A stretch of 64,000 bases of DNA from NCBI RefSeq assembly GCF_009914755.1, contig NC_060945.1. One strand, 5' to 3'. The notes beneath the pieces were generated by a model. That model did no database searches. It saw nothing but the letters and a program-made list of their open reading frames with translations, and was not told the DNA's origin. Source of the stretch: the human T2T-CHM13v2.0 reference genome, Homo sapiens. Below are positions 51,821 through 64,000 of the stretch, piece after piece. Position numbers and translations under genes: made by a program. Position 1 is the stretch's first letter; every line of letters starts with the position of its first letter.

Positions 51821-53335
51821 TGCCAGCCTCTCTCAGCTGCCTCATGGGATTCGCACTGCAGCCGCGGCCCTGGCGCGACAAGGGCTGGACTTGGCCAGCG
51901 GGACGGTCCCTCACGGCGCTGAGGCCCACACTCTGCGTGGAGCCTCCCCGTGCCCAGGCTACCCTGCAAGGTCCTCGGAGAGGCTTCCTCCAGCCCCAGC
52001 CCCCACACAGCTCCGGCCCAGGCCCGCTCTTCCCCATCCCAGTTGCTTTGCGCTGTATACGGCCAGGTGACCCCGAGCCGGCCCTGAGCCCTCGTCCCGG
52101 CTTCCTCCCCTGTAAGCTGGGTGAAGGACTCCATGGCACCCACCTGAGAGGGTTGTGGCGAGGCCCAGGCCCCTCGTGCCCACACGGCCGGCGGCCCATG
52201 CCTGGCAGGGGCTGGGAGGAGGCTGGGGCGACCAGAGGGGAGCGGCCTGTCCTGGAGGAGGCCCAGGGACCCTGGTGAGAGGGTCTCTCCCAAGTGCTCT
52301 CTATGGGACCCCCTTCCTCTGCGCCCGTCCTTCACGGACCTCTCCGGGTCACCCCTGGGCTGTACACTGGGTTCAGGGGGGCCTTGAGGTGGGGCCCCTG
52401 TTCCCAAGTCCCGGCGGGGTTTCTCCTGAACCTCAACCCATCCTCACCTGCGGGCATTCCCATCCCCCAACGCCTGGGTCACCAGGATTCCAGGCAGGAG
52501 GGGCGGTGGGGGTTACCAAGGCCCGGGTTGCCATGCAGAACCCCCAGCCACCACGCAGACCCCCACGGGGCCCAGGGAAGCTCCTGGTCTCACACTGCAC
52601 CTCACACTTCCTGTGGGGGCAGACTCCAAGGTCCCGGCCTCTCATCTTGTAGAAACTGAGGCACAGGAGGGACACACACTCCCACGGCCGGTCACCGTGG
52701 CCCCCACACCTCCCACTGGACTGACACCTGGCCAGGCTCCGGACACCCGTGGCACAGCCTCAGCCCCTGGGGCCCCTGCTCCGTGGCCCCCAGGCCCCAG
52801 CTCCCATGTGCACGTCCTGCCTCAGGCCCGGAGGCCCCTCGGCCCCAAATAATCAGACAATTCAACAGCAAAACTACTTTTTTCAGGCTGGCAGGACTCT
52901 GGGCAACCCCCTGCAACAGCCCCCTGCCCTATCACAGCCACCCTTGCCTCCCAGGCACGGAGACCCCACCATCAGGTCCCAGCCTTGGTTCATCCCCAAG
53001 CACCCTGTGTGTTGGGATGGCGATGCTGGCTGAGCCCCTGCATCCCCACTGGAATCCCTTGGGGGCTCTCTGGCCACCCACATCTCTCCCTCTCCTTCCC
53101 ACTCCTCCCAGGAGCTGGGGCTCCGACACCCTGGGCTTCAGGGTCAGGAGCAAATCAGGCCTGGATGGGCTGGGGCAGGCCAGATCCAACTAGGTCAACC
53201 CAAGAGGACCAGCCCAAGGCTCTGGATTTGGTACTAAAACACCTCAGCCAAGGGGCCTTAGGGCTGCTGTGTCCAGTGTGTGCCCAAGACCCTCTTCCTG
53301 AAGGGATGTGAAAAGCCACGAATGTGAGTTTCCCC

Positions 53336-54019
53336 GTGCATTCGGCCATTCTCACACTGCTCTAAAGAACTGCCCAAGACTGGGTGATTTTTTTTGTTTT
53401 TTTTTTTTTTTTTTTTTGAGACAGAGTCTTGCTCTGTTGCCCAGGCTGGAGTGCAGTGGCGCGATCTAGGCTCACTGCAAGCTCCGCCTCCCGGGTTCAC
53501 GCCATTCTCCTGCCTCAGCCTCCCAAGTAGCTGGATTACAGGCGCCCGCCACCATGCCTGGCTAATTTTTTTTTTTTTATTTTTAGTAGAGACAGGGTTT
53601 CACCGTGTTAGCCAGGATGGTCTCGATCTCCTGACCTCGTGATCCACCCACCTCGGCCTCCCAAAGTGCTGGAATTACAGGCGTGAGCCACCGTGCGTGG
53701 CCAAGACTGGGTGATTTATAACGAAAAGAGATTCCATTGACTCACAGTTCCAGATGGCTGGGGAGTCCTCAGGAAATTTACAATCACGGCAGAAGGGGAA
53801 GCAAACACGTCCTTCTTCACATGGCAGCAGGAGAGAGAAGCATGAAGGAGGAACTTCCAAACACTTATAAAGCCATCAGATCACATGTGAACTCACTCAC
53901 TATCACAAGGACAGCACGGGGGAGGCCACCCCCGGGATCCAGCCACCTCCCTCCCTCAACACGTGGGGATTACAATTTGAGATGAGATGTGGGTGGGGAC
54001 ACGGAGCCGAACAGTATCA
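53336..54019 (-). mobile_element. MaLR (THE1/MST) solo LTR interrupted by an Alu
   Basis: THE1-like motifs; the sequence resumes after the Alu. Confidence 0.85.
53391..53702 (-). mobile_element. AluY
   Basis: GCAAGCTCCGCCTCCCGGGTTCACGCCATTC; TSD AAGACTGGGTGATTT at 53376 and 53703. Confidence 0.93.
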
Positions 54020-55933
54020 CCTGCTTCAAGAAGGGAAGTGCCTTGATCCCTGAACCATCCTCCAAGCTGGTGGCCACACTGTGCTTCTCACCTGTGGCCT
54101 CCCAGGTCAGGAGGAGAGGCTAGGACCCCCTTTTGTTCTGGACGTTCCCCACACAGAACAGCTCAACTTTGAAAAAATAGGAAAGAAACCTTAGCCCATC
54201 AGGCCCACACTTGTTCCCAGTTTAGAAAAGTGATGTTTCAGATCATCACACCAAGTCTCCAGATAGGAGGGCAAAGCCAGTCACCCTGATGCTCTGAGTG
54301 GTGTTTCAGATCATCACACGAAGCCTCCAGATAGGAGGGCAAAGCCTGTCACCCTGATACTCTGAGTGGTCAGAGACCCCAGTCCTTCCTGGACCATCCA
54401 CAGCATGGCTCCTTGACTCCTAGGTCAGAGCAGGCTCCTGCCTCTTCCTGGCCCCTCCTGTCCTGGTGCAGGAGGAGCTGGGACCCACTGGCCTCAAGAA
54501 GGCAGGGGGTTGGCAGGAGGCACAGAGCCCCGGGATCTCAGGCCTGTCAGGAGGGTCTTCCCCTGCAACCATCAATCCTGATCCAGAACCGTGGGGGCAG
54601 TGCCAGGCCTGCGCTCTCTCCTTGGGAGCCTCTGGCTGCAGTTCCCTCCCAGGAAGGGTCCTCAAGGGGACAGGGACCCAGGGGGTCTGAGGGGGCTTTG
54701 GGGCCTAGCAGACTGTGGGGGTCCCAGGTGTCTCCCCAGCGCCCGCTGCCAGCCTCCACCAGCTCCCCTGTGAGGCCAGCCCCACCCGCCCACCTCAAAA
54801 GCTACCCTAGATCCAACAGCCTGAGCTGGGGACATACAGGGCCTATTTGCCCACCTCGGGACCCCTGTAGCTGAGTGCCATCCTAACCACCATCCATCAC
54901 CGGGGGTTGGGGGTGGACGGAGGCCTGAGGCCACTTTTGTTTTTCCTCCTGCCACTGCAGCTACGATAGCCCAACGCCGCGCAACGATGACAAACGACCT
55001 CAGCTGTGGCTTTGCTGTGACCCTTTCCTGGACAGCACCAGTGCTGGGGTCCTCACTTTCCTTTTTTGGATTTTGTTTCTCCTTGTTATGTTCCACTTTT
55101 AATCTTTCGAGATGTGTTGTCTTCCACGCATGTTTGCAGACAGCAGTACTCACGTTTCCAAACCCAATCCAATCATCTTTGCTCTTTATGGAAAAGTTAA
55201 ACACATTCATATTTCAGACAAATGATATTTGGCCTTTTCAAGGCATTTTTTATGCTACGATTATGGAAGCATGTGGAGGGGTTGTTTCCATTCCATCCAA
55301 GGTCAGTTTGCCTGTGCGGTTCCCTGACCCCCGCCCGAGGGAGACCTCCGGGTTGGTGAAATGACTGAGCACAGGTGTCCTCCCACCCTCCGCGCTGGCT
55401 GGTCCGCCAGCACTTTCTGCAGAGACAGCTTCTAGATGGCAGCGCTCCCCACACAGGTTGCAGACCATGTCCCTCTCCTTCTCGCAGCTCCAGGTGGTGA
55501 TGCCTCAGGCCCTGCAGGCTGGGGACCACATCTTGAGTGAGGGTGCGGTGTCGCCTCAGGGACATGAGTTAAACTGTGAGAGACGCCCCCTCACACCCCT
55601 AAAAGGCTGAAGCTGGACTGGCAGCACCAGCGCCGGCAGTCTGCAAGGATGTGGGGTGACTGCAGCCCTCTTGCGGGCTGTGAGGTGCAGCTGCTTTAGA
55701 ATCTCCCCTCCGTTTCTCAAAGCCCAGTACGCACTTGCCCACCTCAGCCAAGCTCCTGAGCGTTTGCCCAGATAGGTGAAACACAGAACTCATGCGCAAG
55801 TCCGGAGAGACGCGCACGGATGTTCACAGCAGCTTCGGTTGGTGAGTGGACTGGGAGCAGTTCCGCCCCCACCCAGCCAGCTTGAAACAGGAGGCTGAGC
55901 CTCCAGTGAGGTGTCGACGCATTGATTTCAGCT

Positions 55934-56411
55934 GTGAGACCCCAGCACAGGCCCCAGCTGAGCCGCGACCAGGCGTCTGACCACAGAGCCGGCGAGATGG
56001 CACGTTGGTGCCGCTGAGACCCCAGCACAGGCCCCAGCTGAGCCGTGACCAGACATCTGACCACAGAGCAGGCGAGATGGCACGTTGGTGCCGCTGAGAC
56101 CCCAGCACAGGCCCCAGCTGAGCCGTGACCAGGCGTCTGACCACAGAGCCGGCGAGATGGCACGTTGGTGCCGCTGAGACCCCAGCACAGGCCCCAGCTG
56201 AGCCGTGACCAGGCGTCTGACCACAGAGCAGGCGAGATGGCACGTTGGTGCCGCTGAGACCCCAGCACAGGCCCCAGCTGAGCCGTGACCAGGCGTCTGA
56301 CCACAGAGCCGGCGAGATGGCACGTTGGTGCCGCTGAGACCCCAGCACAGGCCCCAGCTGAGCCGCGACCAGGCGTCTGACCACAGAGCCGGCGAGATGG
56401 CACGTTGGTGC
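55934..56411. repeat. 80-bp minisatellite x6
   Basis: GAGACCCCAGCACAGG at 55936, 56016, 56096, 56176, 56256 and 56336. Confidence 0.96.
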
Positions 56412-56835
56412 AGCTCTGAGGCATTGCTTCAATACACGGTTGTGTTAGAATGAATACGCCTCATCTTTATCCCCAACCCTGTGAGCTCTTCCCATATTTC
56501 TAGTAGACTTTTCCCTCCCTCCCCCAACCCCTTGCTCCTGGAATGGAGCCACCATTCACCCAAGGTGGGTGCCCCTCCTTTCTTCCACGCGGAGTGGGGG
56601 CAGCTCCTTTGATGGCTGGTTTGCACGTCGACCATCCCTTCCCATAGGTCTCCTGGGGAAGTGACACCTTCCCTCCTCCTGTCAGCCCCAGGACCGACTG
56701 GCCCCACACACAGACCCGCGCAGGAGCAGCAGGGTCTGGACCCCAGGCAGTTTGGTCCATCCTGGGCTTAGGGGGCCTCCTGCTGATCTTCATTCTCTTC
56801 CTTGGAGAGGACAGGGCAGGAGCAAACACCTCCAA

Positions 56836-57003
56836 GGGAGTGACCTCTTCACAGAGTGACCTCTCCAAGGGAGTGACCTCCTCACGGGAGTGACCTCTCC
56901 GGGGGAGTGACCTCCTCACGGGAGTGACCTCTCCGGGGGAGTGACCTCCTCACGGGAGTGACCTCTCCGGGGGAGTGACCTCTTCACGGGAGTGACCTCT
57001 CCA
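56836..57003. repeat. 17-bp tandem repeat x10 containing TGACCT
   Basis: GAGTGACCTC recurring with period 16-17. Confidence 0.92.
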
Positions 57004-57009
57004 AGGGGG

Positions 57010-57118
57010 GGTGTGTGCATGTGTGCACGTGTGTGCATGTGTGTGCGTGTGTGTACGTTTGTGCGTGTGTGTACATGTGTACGTATGTGTGCATGTGTGT
57101 GCGTGTGTGACTGCATGT
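57010..57118. repeat. (TG)-rich alternating purine-pyrimidine tract
   Basis: Seen directly. Confidence 0.9.
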
Positions 57119-58109
57119 GAGGATGTCTGCCTCCAAAAGTGGGGGTAACAATAGTGTGCAGCCTGTTCTTGTTCCTGACTTTGGCAGAAACGCCAAAAGT
57201 GTGTCCCACTAAGACACTGTTTTTCTATTTGTCCATAAAAATGAGGAAATAAATCTTGTTTTTCATAGATGGAGATGATTATATAATTAGCACCTTTGAA
57301 ATCGTGGAAGCCTGGTGATTTGGGGTCAGGGATCGAAGGGAGCAGTTCTGATTTTTGTATGTGAATGTGTCTGCTTAGATTTTCTATATTTACTTAGTTA
57401 ATTTCAGTCAGTCATATAAAACTGTCTTTTCTTTCAGGTTTTTCAGTGTTTGGGTCCGGTGTTACAGTAATCTTCTAAGATTTTTTTCCCCTTCTTATAG
57501 GAAATCACTTGGTGATTAGGCCACCAAGAACATCATTCTGACAATCATCGGAATTTTAATATGTCTGTGAATTGGATGATGGCATTGTATCAGTGGTATC
57601 AATGTTAAATTCCTGATTTTGAGCACTGTATGTGGTTATGTAAGAGAATGTTCTTGTTTTTAGGAAACACATACTGAAGTATTTAGGAATAAAATAATAC
57701 TGACTCCACTCAGCGACGGGATTAGCTTTTGTTTAGTAGTTTCAATAAGCAACTTTGCAAATGTGCAATGGCCACAATGTTTTTAACAAAGGTTCCATTT
57801 GGAATAAATTTGCTAATACCACTTAAGTAAGAAAATGGGGTGTGTAAAGTAAAAATTCTAACACATAACTAACATATTTTGGTGTGTATTTTTACAGCAG
57901 TTCCATGTCTATTGTTTTCTGAATATCCAGAGTAACCCAGAATGTTCTAAAATGTAGGAGGAAAACACAGGACCTCACACAAGCTGCAGACTAAGTTTCT
58001 CTTGGGAAAAAAAGTGATAAATGTTACTAAATTACTGACACCCCCCTAACAAAGTTTGAAAAAATCGAGTTTTACTGATGGTGCACTGCCATGTTTATTT
58101 CTTCACACT

Positions 58110-63150
<5,041 letters not shown>

Positions 63151-63199
63151 GAGGAAGTCTGTTCCATGTGGTTTTATTGCTATGTTATTTGGTGCATTA

Positions 63200-63494
<295 letters not shown>

Positions 63495-63841
63495 TCATGA
63501 TCAATATACAGTGCTGTTTTAACTCACTTCATAATTTATGTCTTGAATTTAATCTGCCTTTGTTTCTCTAGGTTTTAATGTGCCCTTTCTGAATCACTTT
63601 GTTGTGGATGAATTTCTTATTTACTTGGACTTTACTACATCTTTCAATAGGTAAGTATATTTAATTTGCATTTGACACATTTTGTTTTAATGCCAGCATT
63701 TTACATTTTCTATTTATAATGTTTTATTTTCTAACTCTCACTGTATGAACTTCTTTCAGAAGTGGGATGTTTTCCTTATGGTGATCTGAAAGGGTTACAC
63801 TGTTCAATTATTCCACTTTTTTCTTTCATATATTATACCCT

Positions 63842-64000
63842 ATATTAGTCTCCCTGGGCTACAATAACAAAGTACCACAGACTGGGTGACTTAAACAACA
63901 GAAATTTACTTTCTCTCACAGTTCCGGAGACTGGAAGTACATCAAGGTGCCAGCATAGGTGATTTCTGGTATAGGGGAGGATCTCTTCCTGGCTTGAAAA
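63842..64000. mobile_element. MLT1-type MaLR LTR, truncated by the window end
   Basis: TAACAAAGTACCACAGACTGGGTGACTTAAACAACAGAAATTTA. Confidence 0.75.

Noticed and set aside
51055-52407. 450-aa minus-strand ORF
   Set aside because: Driven by the 33-bp minisatellite and its GC-rich flanks.

Overview
Human (primate) genomic DNA, recognisably the COL6A1 locus on 21q22.3. The complete collagen VI alpha-1 gene lies on the + strand. I traced 35 exons, all with GT-AG introns, giving a 3087-nt CDS (1028 aa) from ATG 26317 to TAG 49435, with AATAAA at 50451. The gene sits in a GC-rich block (about 14.4-57.1 kb). No Alu or L1 was seen inside the transcription unit, which is instead full of minisatellites. 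The AT-rich flanks are packed with nested MaLR/ERV LTRs, L1 and Alu. The most striking observation is that several intronic minisatellites are copies or antisense copies of splice-relevant sequence of the same gene. (1) The roughly 55-copy intron-8 VNTR unit is a perfect 20-nt reverse complement of the core of the disease-associated 72-nt intron-11 pseudoexon (c.930+189C>T; the reference C is present here). (2) The intron-13 and intron-33 repeats are tandem copies of the upstream exon end plus its 5' splice site, and use of any copy is predicted to give a stop or frameshift. Repeat subfamily names are from memory of consensus sequences, not from a search.
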